DNA of 63,849 bases, filler included, from Saprolegnia diclina VS20 (taxonomy: Eukaryota): NCBI RefSeq assembly GCF_000281045.1. It is 8 parts of 3 records of this genome, joined end to end, with 100 filler letters (N's around TTAATTAATTAA, not from the genome) between each part and the next. Parts side by side here need not be neighbours in the genome. Positions count along the whole stretch, not along the records: positions 44,892 to 57,883 come from NW_008246100.1; positions 57,984 to 59,684 come from NW_008246101.1; positions 59,785 to 61,597 come from NW_008246101.1; positions 61,698 to 63,849 come from NW_008246101.1; 4 more parts are not named here. One strand, 5' to 3'. Shown here one piece after another: positions 51,944-63,849 of this stretch (within the stretch, counting starts at the first letter, position 1; every line of letters starts with the position of its first letter). The position numbers and the translations under genes are program-made. The notes under the pieces were generated by a model. The model saw nothing but the letters and a program-made list of their open reading frames with translations. It made no database searches and was not told the origin of the DNA.

Positions 51944-52357
51944 GTTGGTTTCAATATCTACATTATATGCATGTAACAGGTGCGATCTTCCATGCACTGC
52001 CACAGTGCGATGTTGCCATGTGCACTCGGCATTACGTTCAACGAGCTTGGCCGCACACGCTGCAGGCGCAAGGCCCTCGGAGGCCCACTCTCTCATTTCT
52101 TAGCGTACATGTACCTCACGGTGGTCAATGTACTGCCATGACACAAGCGCCCGCATGATGGCTTGCGCTGATGCTCGGCTGCGAAAGGCTCTTGGGCTCT
52201 ATCGATGGCGCCGCCACTGCCATCACAGTCCGCTGCAAGGAGCCTCGCGGTCGTCGATCCGTTGAGCTTGGTTGCCGAAGAATTGCCGAACTTTCGATTC
52301 CGCTTGTATCCGGATGGTCATTTGGAAGGACGGGCGAAAGTCGCGGACCGGCGGAGG

Positions 52358-52813
52358 ATGAACCAAGGCAACTACTATGCTGGCAACATGGGCGGCTACA
52401 TGGGCGGCTTCATGATAAACGGCAATGGCATGCCATCGCCGACGCCCTCTGGCCAGATGAACATGATGCCACCGCAAGCGAGCTCGTTCCTGCCGCCCGA
52501 GACGCCGCCGCAGTCGACGCCGTCGCCGGCCCACGACGCACGCTTCAACCGCGGCAACTACCGCTGCTCGCGCTGCGGCGAGCCCAAGAAGGGCCACGTG
52601 TGTCCGTACCAGCCCGCCAACTTCAAGTGTACAAAGTGCGGGAACCTCAAAAAGTCGTGCACGTGTGGCGCGCCGCTAAAGTGCAACGCCGAGGTCCAAT
52701 GCGCCCTCGATGAGCACATGACGATCGCCAAGCTCGACTTGGCCGCGCAGGGCGTGACCGAGTTCCACGAGTCGGTGCTCTCGTTTGTCGAAGGCGCGTC
52801 GTCGCTGTCGTAA
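52358..52813 (+). CDS. Small zinc-finger protein with G/M/P-rich N-terminus
   Basis: NYRCSRCGEPKKGHVC and FKCTKCGNLKKSCTC Cys/His clusters. ATG 52358 lies 43 nt downstream of TATCCGGAT. Confidence 0.7.
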   Translation: MNQGNYYAGNMGGYMGGFMINGNGMPSPTPSGQMNMMPPQASSFLPPETPPQSTPSPAHDARFNRGNYRCSRCGEPKKGHVCPYQPANFKCTKCGNLKKSCTCGAPLKCNAEVQCALDEHMTIAKLDLAAQGVTEFHESVLSFVEGASSLS

Positions 52814-52917
52814 TGTACAATCTCTTGGGTGCTTTTTGGATTCTTGGATTTTGGAGAATGGGTTCGTCGCAATACAAGCGAATGGAAAACGTGTTAGTTG
52901 ATAGAGATTGTTAGGAA

Positions 52918-54735
52918 TTACTGCTGGAGCTTCTTGGCGATCGTGGCCATGTCGGTCGCGAGCTTGGTCGCGTTGCCGTCGATCCAGACGAGCGAGTTGT
53001 GGTGCACGTTGAGCACCTTGAGGATCTGCGCCATCGGGTTCGCGCTCTCGTCTTCCTGCGCCTGCGACAGGTTGAGCCGGTCGATCGTCTCCTTGAGCGC
53101 CGTCGACATCATTGAGAGCTGGTTGTCAATGTCCACCGAGAGCTGCAGCCCTTGCTCACGCTCAATGTCGGCCGTGTCCGGAATCTGCCGGTGGTTCTCA
53201 AAGAGCTTGTCCACGCTCGACTCGAGCGTCTACATCATAGGTACCGATAAGACCATGGAACAGAACACATTGTCGACGATGTCTACCTCGAGCGTCGAGT
53301 CGAGCTCGAGCTGGTATGCGCTGATCGTGTCGAGGTTCGCGTTGAGCTCCTTCTGCGCCATTTGCAGCCGACGGACGTCAATCGCGAGGTCGCCCAGCTT
53401 CTTTTGGTTTTCCATGAGCTCCGAGTCCCAGTGGCTCACTAGACAGTCGGATGTTACGCCTTGGCGTAGCGATAGACAGAAGACGCACCGCGCACAGCTT
53501 CGTTCGTGAAGGCCATCGCGTGGTTCTCGAGCTGCTCGCTCCACATGTTGATAATGTCCTGTGCATTCAGCGATGAGGGTCGTCATTCACATGACAATTA
53601 TGTACCTCGACCGTCTTGTCCTTGTACTCGGCGGGCAGGGCCGCTACGTAAAATCGATTTTGAGGGTTTTGGACAGGAGTGAGAGGGACGTACTTGTTGT
53701 CGCCGCGCTTGCATCGGCCGGCTTGGCCGCATCCGTCGTCGTGGTCGCCGTCGTCTTGGCATCGCCAAAGCTAAAGCTCGGGGCCGCAGGCTTGTCGTCC
53801 GCTGCCTTTACCGCCGACGCACCAAAGGAGAAACCAGTGGCTGGCGCGGGGGTTGCCGCCGGCTTGTCTGCAGTCGCGCCAAACGAAAAGCCCGGCGCCG
53901 GCGCTTTCGTCTCTGTCGTGGCCGGCGTCTTGGCCGCATCACCAAACGAGAAGCCCGTAGCCGCGGGCGTAGCAGCCGGCGTCGCCGGCTTGGCCGCATC
54001 GCCGAACGAGAAGCCAGTCGCAGCAGGCGCCTTCGCATCCGTTGTAGCCGGTGTCGAGCCGCCAAAAGAAAAGCCAGTCGAGGCAGGCGCCTTCGCATCC
54101 GTGGCAGCCGGCGTCGCAGGAGCAGCAGAACTACCAAAAGAAAAGCCAGTCGTCGCAGGCGCCGCGCTGGTCGTCGCAGGCGCTGTCGTGGTGCTCGAGC
54201 CACCAAAAGAGAAGCCCGTCGAGGCAGCAGGCTTGTCTGCGGTCGCGGCAGGCGTGCTCGCGCCACCGAACGCGAAACCCGTCGAGGCAGGGGTCATCGA
54301 GGCCGGGGCCGTACCACCAAACGCGAAGCCAGGTGCAGGCTTCTCCGTGGACGCAGCCGCGGGGGCCGCAGGGGCACCAAACGCAAAACCTGTCGAGGGC
54401 GTCGTCGTGCTGGCGGCGGCGGGCGTCGCCGAAGCCCCAAAGGCAAAGCCAGTCGTAGCTGGAGCAGCGGACGTCGCCGACGCCGCGGGTGCGCTGCCGC
54501 CAAACGTGAAGCCAGTCGACGCAGCAGGCGCCGTCGTCGACGCTGCAGCTGGGGTCGCGGCCGCGCCGAAGCTGAAGCCCGTGGTCGCGCCCGCCGACGG
54601 GGCCGCCGGCGCCGCGGACGCCGTGCTGCCAAAGGAGAAGCCCGTCGTGGCACCAGCCGCCGGAGCCGCCGAGGCCGTGTTGCCGAAGGAGAAGCCCGTC
54701 GCGCCGCCGGCCGCGCCGCCAAAGTTAAAGCTCAT
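52918..54735 (-). CDS. NUP62: FG-repeat nucleoporin Nup62/Nsp1
   Basis: Many GFSFG/GFAFG repeats are followed by an Nsp1_C-like coiled coil (WDSELMENQKK, ADIEREQG, QILKVLNVHHNSLVWID). Confidence 0.92.
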
Positions 54736-54939
54736 GGTCGCAAAGGTGTATTGGGATTCAAAGCCAAGCAATTGGCCTGGTCGGTCAAGTGCGCCCTCCG
54801 GTTAAGTTCGGAAATCGATTTAAAATCGGCAGATGCCGAAACTATGCGCCGCTCTGTTACGTGCTCTTCTCTGACAATACTGTGCACACTGGTGCGAGAG
54901 TCTCACGAGACAAAATATATAAACTAATACGTCTGCATC

Positions 54940-56299
54940 TGTAGGTAGTTGAAAAGTTGATAGACTTGATGAATAGCGGTGGGCGAGAGACCACTCGTGT
55001 TGAGTGTTCCTTGCAACGCATCGAGCGCGTACTCAAAGTACGTTGGATCTTGGTCGATGAAATATGCGCCTAAGATTACCATAAGTTTTGCACGATTGTC
55101 GTAGAAGATATGAGGCTACCGTCTTCACGGGGACGCCAGTGGCTTTGGGAGAGCAAGGTATAGGCTGCCCGAGCAGCGTCCTGCGATATCTCTCAAAGAT
55201 CGTGCCACCCGCGTTGAGACGGATTGTTCTGTCAGCACCCAGAGCAAGCGCCGTTACCGCCGCCTGGAACGATTGGCGATGGCTCCGCGCCGCTTGCAGC
55301 TTGGTTTTGTCGACCTTGATCGCTGCGGCGAGCTTGGTGTAGGCGTCTGAAATCTCTTGGATCGCCTGCTTGCGCCGCTCTTCCATTTGCTGAATCTCCT
55401 GTAGACGCGCAGGCAATGCGTCTCGATCTGGCAATGGTCCTACCGCCCGGTTTTAGACGTCGCAGGCTGCATGCATCAAGTGCACCGGTGGTCGCTGGAT
55501 GCTGCGGGGCTGCACGCGGGGGGTTGGCAGATGTCGAGAATCCACTTGTGGGGGCGACCCGATACGCACTCGTTTGTGGAGACCAGACGCCAGAGTCCAT
55601 TTTGCTGGGAGGATGTGCAAAAATAAAGGCGTTCGGTGCCACGCTCGTCGCGGGTGGAGCGCCATACATACCGCTGCTGCCAGAACCCGGGGCGCTGTAC
55701 CGTGGCTGACCACCAAAGGAGCCAGATGAGGATAACGATGGCCCAGAAAAGCCCGCTGCGCTCGACACGAGATGCTCCATGAGCAGCGTACGCAGCGTGA
55801 AATTGAGCTGGCTAACCTCGGACGCGCAGAGACCGTCAAGGTACATGTTGCCCGACCGGAGGTACGTCATGACACGGTCAAAGTGCTTGAAGTTGGCGTC
55901 GATAAAGCATGCACCTACAGCACATCGCTAGCACCCCTGGTGCAAAGTGACAAGGGTTACCGTCCTGCGCACGAGGCTGCCAATCGTCGCTCGTGACCAT
56001 CGCGTACAAGAACGAGGTCGGGTGCTGGATCACGTTGTTTTTGCTCGTCTCGAAAATGCGGCCGCCGATGTTGAGCTTGATGTTCTTTGGCGCAGCGGCG
56101 GCGTTGGCCTGCGCGCGCTCCACGTCCCGTAGCTCGGCGTCGCCTGCAACTCAGTGAGCGAAGCGTTGAGACTGTCGTCAATGGCGCTGAACGCAGCGTG
56201 GATGTCAGTAATGGTAGTTGCGTCCACAATCACGCGTCCCTTGAGCGCTTGCATGCTCTGGTCTTTGGCATGGGTTGCCCCGGGGTTGCTCTGGGTCAT
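54940..56299 (-). CDS. KCTD-type BTB/POZ (T1) domain protein(s): two tandem coiled-coil+BTB units, possibly partly pseudogenised
   Basis: Unit 1 has IKLNIGGRIFETSK..FIDANFKHFDRVMTYLRSG. Unit 2 has IRLNAGGTIFE..GAYFIDQDPTYFEY. Frame breaks are not clearly explained by introns. Confidence 0.65.
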
Positions 56300-56731
56300 C
56301 TTCTCCTCTTCTTGCCTTCGCCACTTTGCCCTGGTTGAAGGTGCCATGACCGGATAAGCTTTCCGGATATGGTCGCTACCATCTAATCGGGATGACAATC
56401 TTATCGCTTCTTCGACGTTGAGATTTATGTGCGGGTGCGACCGGCCTCTTGCAGCTCACAAGTGTGAGATGGACTGCGAAGACTCACTGCCAGGCGCAGA
56501 GCTAACTGGAGCGCCATGGTTCGACTGTCGCATCGTTGTTCGTTGTCGCGGTAGTAAAAAGGTAGGTGGCTTGGGTGTCGCTGTCAAGAAGAGGAGCGAG
56601 CCACGGCCGCCACAATGCGGGTCTTTCCGAGCAGCGCCGTTAAAGCTCACGACCCCAGCGAGTGAGATCTCGCGACGCACTGTGTTGCGTGCTTGCCATG
56701 TTGCTGCACTGAGCTGACGAGTCATGACGTA

Positions 56732-57840
56732 CAGTGGTGGTCAAATTAATCGCCGCACTTGGCCTTGAGACAAATGGGTTCGACCTGTATAAATACATAT
56801 CAAGGTTGAAGATCATTTATTGGCGGTATATAGAAGTGGAGGGTGTATTTGGCGACACCATTCATTCTGCGCCGCACCTGCACCATGTTTTCGATGGCAT
56901 CGCTTGAGGCCTGCGTGGCAGAACTGGAGCGCGAGTGGCACGCTGCAGCCACCGACTATGACACGCTTATTGTCGACGACATCAGTGAATCTGAGTGGGA
57001 CATGGAGGACACTGAGGAAGATGCCGTCATAGAGCTCTCCCAGCTCCGCCAAGATCAAGCAGTCGCAGAGGCAGAACTTGAGAGTGCCATTGCCGAGGAG
57101 TCTAACGAGACAGCCAACGAGGATCCGCCGAGTCTGAAGTGTAGGCACTGCTCTTGATCTATACTCGTACTATACGATACTAATACACATTCCCAAACAC
57201 ACCCGACGGCTTGCACTCCTCTGCCGGGTGGTCCGAGTACAGGAGCCTGCGTACGACCTCGCGCGAGCTATGACTCGGCGAGTGGGGTCCACCACGGGAT
57301 GGATCTCTCCGTGCGCAGCTCACTCCCAACGACCAAGTGCTGGAGCCAACTCCCACGCATTCAGGCGTAGCGCTACGTATGCGAAGTCTTTGTGTCATAA
57401 TGAAGATAACGCGGAACACGTTCATATATATATAATACACATTCCTTCACTTAGCCTTGAAGCCTGCTCGCGTGGACCTCAAGCTTTGCACGAAGAGAGC
57501 CCTTGTAGCAACGTTTGATCGCTGGAAAGACCATATTTCGCAGAACAAGTTCTGCAAGCGTGTCAAAGTCGACTCGCGAGAATCCTTGCGCACGACACCA
57601 AAACTGCAAAAATAGGGCACTGCGGGAATTGAACCCGGAGCTTATCCTTCCCCATCCATCAACCAACCCACTGGGCACGCGGCTACGTTTCCTCTCGAAA
57701 CTAAGTATTATTGAATTATAGAATATATTCAAGATGCGAGGCAATAAAGCCAGTGTGAGCACCACATGATTTAGGGATTTAGCCAATCACAGGCGTTTTT
57801 GTTCGGACTTCAAGTGCGGCGATTAATTTGACCACCACTG
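56732..57840. mobile_element. Non-autonomous Tc1/mariner-type TIR DNA transposon (MITE-like), 1109 bp
   Basis: Perfect 30-bp TIR CAGTGGTGGTCAAATTAATCGCCGCACTTG at 56732-56761 and its reverse complement at 57811-57840, flanked by TA (56730-56731, 57841-57842). The interior is AT-richer and has no transposase ORF. Confidence 0.9.
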
Positions 57841-57983
57841 TAGACAGTCACAGCCGACGGCAAAACGCAATGCAAGGTGATGANNNNNNNNNNNNNNNNN
57901 NNNNNNNNNNNNNNNNNNNNNNNNNNNTTAATTAATTAANNNNNNNNNNNNNNNNNNNNNNNNNNNNNNNNNNNNNNNNNNNN

Positions 57984-59163
57984 CTGCGAGCTCCGACTTG
58001 TCGGACGAGAGCGCGTTGACACCGGCCGAGAGATCGTTGATGGTCGTCATGAGCTTCAAGATCTTGTTCTCGAGGCGCAGCTCGTTCGATGCGGCGCGGG
58101 CAGCTGCATCGTCGGCTTGCGCTTTGAGCGCCTCGTAAGCCTTGCGTTCTGCTTCAAGCTCTGCGGCTGCGACCAGCTCTGGCGGTGCCGGCGGCTCACC
58201 AAGAACCACCTCCATGTCGCTGTCAAAGTCCGTATCTTCGAGAAGCGGCCCATCAAAGACGGCCCACTGACTCCATTCATCGACGTCGCTGCAAGCAGGG
58301 CAAACCACACGGCGGCCGCGTACAGCATCTTCGTACTTGTCTCGAAACTCGGCACCCTTGGCGGCTAGCGCCTTCTCGTGCTCGACATGGAGCGCCTGGA
58401 CGACCGCTTCGTGCTCCGAGGCGCCGGCCAAAGCCGCTTGACGCGCCTCCTCAAGGTTGCCCTTGAGGGCCTTGATGTCGTCGTCGTGCTGCGCTCGGGA
58501 TGCAGCCAGCTCCGAGCGAGCAAGAGCGAGGTCCGAGGCACCGGTCGCAGTTGCGTGCTCCGAAACTTCGAGTGATTCCTCGAGATGCGCAACGACATCG
58601 CGCGAGGCCTGAAGTTGAGTTCCAAGCGTCTCGAGATCAGCGTCGTGCTGGGCATGGGCAAGATCAAGCTCCGAGGTGCGTGTCTTGGCCGTGTCCATCG
58701 ACGCGTTGAGGCTGGCTTGGAGGATGACGACCTGCGCTTGGAGAGTTGCTACTTCCGAACGCAGCTGACCGAGGATCGCCTCAGTCGTGGTCGTCGATGC
58801 CGCGCTAGCAGGCATGGCATCCGTGGTGGTACTTGACGGAGCAGTCGCGACGCTCGTCACCGGTGTGCGACGCTGCGCGGCGGTGGTCGAGGTGCGGCTG
58901 CTTGCCGTCAGAGGTTGCACCGCCGTCGTGGCGGGCGTTTGCGTCGACCGAATCGTCGATCGCGCAGTCACCGGGACAGTTGGAGCCGCGCGCTGGCGGA
59001 CAACCGTCGGGGTCTTGCTGCGCCCGAACGCGGTGGCACGCGAACCAAGGTTCAAGGCCGCCGTCGGGCTTGGCTTCCGCATGAGGGCATCTTCGGCCGC
59101 CAACTTGGCATCGGCGAGCTTTGCAGCGCGCTTCTGGTGGTAGAGCGGGTCGTAGAGGGACAT
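57984..59163 (-). CDS. Hypothetical coiled-coil protein with S/T-rich N-terminus, 3' end in gap
   Basis: Long intronless ORF of about 390 codons with heptad-rich Ala/Glu/Leu helices and one CxxC (CPAC). Confidence 0.6.
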
Positions 59164-60001
59164 GCGAATTCGTTTTCTGAAGCATCAAGATCACTTGCGC
59201 CGCCGAGGGCTGTAAAGGCGTTCAAGCCATCGCCGCGCGCCGTGTACTTGGAGTTTGTATCGCACGCTGGAGAGGCGTGATCTGCGAGGCTGCGTCGTGG
59301 CAAAGGCGCTCGAAGCGGCGCGCTTTTGCGGTCTCGGAGGCTCCATCGCTCTCGTCGCTCGGGCTGCCACGCTCGGCGTCGCTGGTTCCAAAAAGCCAAT
59401 GGCCGAAAATATTTTCAAGCCGTTAATTGCCCGTGTGAAAAAGCATTTGCATACGAGACGAGATTGTTCTGTGTTAATTTCCTAATGACGTGGCAGCATA
59501 CTGTGCCGTTGTGCATACAACACCGATTCAGATTCAGGGAGGGGCTCGGCGGCCGAGACTTTTGCGTCCAGTGGGAGGTTGCGACACGTCTTGCGCAGTA
59601 TCTTGATCGAGATGCTATCCGGCGGGAGTCGGTGCGGCGAGGCATCGTCGCCGTCAAGGTCCTGCACCACATCCAAGAGGGGGCNNNNNNNNNNNNNNNN
59701 NNNNNNNNNNNNNNNNNNNNNNNNNNNNTTAATTAATTAANNNNNNNNNNNNNNNNNNNNNNNNNNNNNNNNNNNNNNNNNNNNCTTCTCGGCGACATTG
59801 CCAAAGCGACGGGATTCAAGAACCGTCGCCAGAGGCCACCGCGGGAGGTGATTGGTGCAGAAGGGCCAAGTGCGGTGAGATTCGGCGACGCCAAACCAAG
59901 ACTGCAGTAACCCTGGCCACGCAAAACTCGGGGTAGGGTTCCCAGTGCACTTGCCGTTGTGGCGACCGACCCTATCACGGCGTGAAGTGCGAGCTTCAAT
60001 T

Positions 60002-60015
60002 TCATTTTCCAATTG
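60002..60015 (+). promoter_or_regulatory. Oomycete INR/FPR-like core promoter element
   Basis: TCATTTTCCAATTG about 30 nt upstream of ATG 60032 resembles the oomycete TCATTY-N-WTTY initiator. Similar elements precede the 62293, 32161 and 39283/42197 starts. Confidence 0.5.
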
Positions 60016-60031
60016 GATCCAACCCGCTCCC

Positions 60032-61597
60032 ATGGTAGCGACAATCCCCAAGCTCGTGCTTCTCCTCGGTGTCTCTGCGACGGCCGTCGTCGGCGACTGC
60101 GGCACGGCACGCGCGCCCACGGCCCGCTTCCAAGTGCTCTCGTACAACGACGTGTACGAGATGCAGAACGAGACCGACGCCTCGCAGTATGGCGTCCTCG
60201 TCGGCGGCCCCTCGCGCGTCATCCCCATCGCAAAGAAGCTCCGCAAGAACTTTGAAAACAGTTTGGTCATCTTTGCGGGCGACACCATGTCGCCGTCGCT
60301 CTGGTCCGGCCAGTTCAAGGGTATCCAGATGATCGAGGCCCACAACGCGCTCAGTGTCGACTTTGCGTGCCTCGGCAACCACGAGTTTGACTTTGGCATC
60401 GACGCGTTCCTCAACGTCTCGGCCGCCTCCAAGTTTCCTTGGCTCAACGTCAACGCGTACGAGAAGTCGACCGGCCAACTCCTCCGCGGCACCAAACCGT
60501 ATGAAGTCAAGGTGCTCAACTCGCCGACGATGGGGACGATCAAGATCGGCGCCTTTGGTGTCATGTACGATATGCAGGACGCGACCACGGGCATGTACTG
60601 GATGGACCCGGTGAACGCGTCGATCCCGGTCGTCAAGACGCTCCGTGAGGTCGAGAAGGTCGACATGGTGATTGCGCTCACGCACCAGTTCCTCGACGAC
60701 GACAACCGCTTCTCGCAGCTGGTCAAGGGCGTCGACATGATTTACGGCGGCCACGACCACTCGGCGATGCTCCAGACCAACTTTGGCACGCCGTACCTCA
60801 AGTCGGACCTCAACTTCCGCAGCATTTGGGTCTCCGACATCAAGTACTATGCGCCGTTCCAGTCGGATCCAAAGACGTTGAACAAAGCGTTCACCAAAAT
60901 GAGCCACAAGAACCTCGCGATCACGAACGAGATGCCGTCCGACCCGGCGTTTGACGAGATCATCAAGTCGTACGACGCCAAGATCAACGTGCTCTTCAAG
61001 CGCAATGTCGGCTCGCTCTGCGCCGAAACCGACTTGACCGCCAAGCTTCTGCGCCAATCCGAAGCGCCGATCGGCAACTTCTTTGCCGATGCATTCAAGG
61101 ACTACTACAAAAAGGTGGCGGTCGATGTCGGCTACATGAACGCCGGCGGTATCCGCACAGACAAGAAGTGGTCGGCCGGTCTATTCTCGCTCGGGGACCT
61201 CATCTCGTGGTCGCCGTTTGGCAATATGATTGCGGTCATCGCGACCGACGGCGCTAGCTTCAAGAAGTTTCTGGGCACCCAGCTCGCGCAGACGTGCGAC
61301 AAGGGCAACAACCTCATGCTCAACGGCTTTTACCCGCAGATCGCCGGCGTCAAGGTCTCGTACAAGTGCAGCGGCGAAAAGGCGGGCGCGATCACAAGCC
61401 TCCAGTGGGACGGCGAAGTCAACGGCAAGTCGGGCGACATCAAGGATTCGGACGCGTTCAACGTTGCCCTCTCGACGTACATGAAGGACCTCTTTGACCA
61501 GTTTGTCGGCAAGCCGGCCAAGTACCTCGTCGATGCCGCCGAAGCGACGCGCATCGACCTCGTCCTCGAGACGTACACGAAAAAGCAAGACGGCAGC
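60032..61597 (+). CDS. Secreted 5'-nucleotidase/calcineurin-like metallophosphoesterase (CD73/UshA-like), 3' end in gap
   Basis: Signal peptide followed by NDVYE, AGD, LGNHEFDFG, ALTH, GGHDH, EAPIGNFFAD and NAGGIR. Confidence 0.92.
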
Positions 61598-61697
61598 NNN
61601 NNNNNNNNNNNNNNNNNNNNNNNNNNNNNNNNNNNNNNNNNTTAATTAATTAANNNNNNNNNNNNNNNNNNNNNNNNNNNNNNNNNNNNNNNNNNNN

Positions 61698-62293
61698 GCC
61701 GTGATCGGGTCCGTCCAGTACATGCCCTTGGACGTATCCTGCATGTCGTACATGACACCAAAGGCGCCGATCTTGATCGTCCCCATCGTCGGCGAGCTAA
61801 GCGTCTTGACCGCATACGGTTTGGTGCCACGGAGGAGCTGCTTGGTCGAGGCCTCGTACGCGTTGACGTTGAGCCAAGGAAACTTGGAGGCGGCCGAGAC
61901 GTTGAGGAACGCGTCGATGCCAAAGTCAAACTCGTGGTTGCCAAGGCAGGCAAAGTCGACATCGAGTGCGTTGTGAGCCTCGATCATCTGGAGACCCTTG
62001 AACTGACCAGACCAGAGCGACGGCGACATGGTGTCGCCCGCAAAGATGACCAAACTGTTTTCAAAGTTCTGGCGGAGCTTCTTTGCGATGGGAATGACAC
62101 GCGAGGGACCGCCGACGAGGACACCATACTGCGTCACGTCCTCTTCGGGCTTCATCTCGTACACGTCGTTGTACGAGAGGACTTGAAGGTGAGCTGTGGG
62201 CGCGCGCTCAGTGTTGTTGTTACCCGGCGCGCAGTCAGCGGCCGCGACGATCCCGAAGACGGCCGCGAACGAGGCAAGGTAGATGGCGACCAT
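61698..62293 (-). CDS. Paralogous secreted 5'-nucleotidase, N-terminal part only (rest in gap)
   Basis: Signal peptide MVAIYLASFAAVFGIVAA, NDVYE and GNHEFDFG. The core is highly similar to the 60032 gene. Confidence 0.88.
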
Positions 62294-63849
62294 GGCTGCC
62301 AAAATGAAAAGTGATTTTGTCAAACAAAAAAAGACGCAAGCCGACGACGACCAATGTACGAGGAGTAGCCGGAACGAGCACGTGGTGCGGGCCAAGCCAC
62401 CCGGCTCGCATCTGTCAGGTTGGTAACGTGTACGTTAGGTTGAAGGCACCCAAACCAGCCCGCGACGCGATCAGGTCTCGACGATCGTGGCCGACAAGTG
62501 CGACGTCCCAGGAGTGGCGTGGCCCAGCGGCCACCGAGGCTCGAGGTGCGTGGCGGGCGTCCTACCGACTGCATCGCGCAAAGACGGAGGCACTTCCGCG
62601 TGCGAATCTCACGAGGTGGAATCAGATGCGCGTGCGACGAGCGACGTTAATTGTAGTTTAAACCCATGCGTTGAACGAGGTTTTTATGCGATAGCTGCGC
62701 AGTGCCTCACGCTGTTCGTTATGCTTGCACGTGCTCCCAAGCTCAAGCACTGCAGAGGCAGTCTGCAGAGGCGTTAGCGCCCACCTTACTCTACGTACTC
62801 GAGTATTTAACATATCAGTGCGGATACGCACTGAGGTTCACACCGTGTCATCTCATGGACGGGACCAGAACTCAAGGAACACGCTGGTACACGAACGACG
62901 AATAGGGGCGCATGAGACGTCGTCTAACGCGCTCCACCGTGTTGTTTACCTCTTGGGACGATGAAGCAAGTGGTCCGGCATTGGCGTTTAGAGGGTCCTT
63001 TGTGCGCTCTATAATCGCGTTGGGGTCGAGGCAAATTGGGTTTGACGCGTTTTATATTTGCTACCCTGTTTGAACGTAAAAAGTACGCTTGAACTACGAG
63101 TGAACTTGAAGTTGTAACGTGGTATGCGGAAGTGGCTGCTTCTCAGCTCCTCGCCATACGTTTTGCCCAGAGGGGTTGCGAACCTGAGAACCATGCATTC
63201 GCACATCCCCCGCCAACGCGATTACACGACCAATTCGACGGAATCCAACGCAAACTTGGTGCGTTTTCATTGTATGTCCCATCGATTCTTCCCGACGTAA
63301 ATGTACAAATATACCATCCAACAACAAATTTTGTCGGTCCGAGTTTTGCGTGCGGTGTCGCCCCGGCTATGGGCGTGGGTTTTAGGCACAAGTAGGTTGC
63401 GGTACCGCAAAGATACGCAGCTGAGCGACGAGAGCGAGCGTGCGCCTGCAATAAGGGATCGTGGTCGATGCTATGCAATCTCACACGGCGCCACTGCAGC
63501 GATGCTCCGACAATTCGCGAAACGGTAGTCAACTTTCCGGCTGCAAAATACATCAGCGGACAGGCCCAGTGACGGACGACTTGTCGTGAATCTTGGACGG
63601 CACCGAGATGCAAGACTCGAATCTGAAGTGCGTCCAAGTCCACAGTGCAGGAAGAAAGACTGAAGATCGCTCATGGTATCTGTACGTTCTCGATGAGGAT
63701 GGGCAGCGGCCAACGACAGCGTCTCTACAGTACTACAATACATCGTTGCCAAACGATCGCGCGACTCAAAGTGCGGCAACACCTCAACTCGGTACAGTGG
63801 ATTTTACGTCCTTTCTTGCGACGATGTGAGGTTTTTGTAGCAGCACCGT

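Noticed and set aside
53644..54735. Regularly spaced repeats resembling a repeat-spacer array
   Set aside because: They are degenerate at third codon positions and encode nucleoporin FG repeats, so this is not CRISPR.
62400..63849. Short ORFs at the window end as a possible gene or transposase
   Set aside because: Codon bias is weak and no identifiable motifs were found.

Overview
This is eukaryotic, gene-dense DNA of roughly 60% GC (estimated by eye) with very short (about 40-60 nt) GT-AG introns. Gene content and intron style fit an oomycete, probably Saprolegniales (inference). It is a draft pseudo-scaffold with nine 100-nt gaps; seven carry an artificial TTAATTAATTAA linker, so adjacency across gaps is unreliable. 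Recognisable genes: truncated tripeptidyl-peptidase II, FABP/calycin-like protein, choline/ethanolamine kinase, GPN2, PP2C-cNMP-(pseudo)kinase fusion, ankyrin proteins, Ubc6/UBE2J, CYFIP/SRA1, two HVA22/Yop1 genes, kinesin-13, cytochrome b5 reductase, a degenerate kinesin plus CCDC78-like coiled coil, a secreted His1 Cys-rich protein, a kinase pseudogene, an M50B-like peptidase, a TTL-family ligase head-to-head with vasohibin, an ABCC cluster, a ketopantoate-reductase-like protein, a small Zn-finger protein, Nup62, BTB protein(s) and two secreted 5'-nucleotidases. There is also a 1.1-kb non-autonomous Tc1/mariner-type element with perfect 30-bp TIRs. Best leads: (1) the TTL-family/vasohibin bidirectional pair inside a microtubule-gene neighbourhood; (2) a candidate non-AA17 histidine-brace (LPMO-like) secreted protein; (3) a palindromic TCCGGA element just upstream of most housekeeping start codons. 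Coordinates of spliced genes are outer limits estimated by eye.
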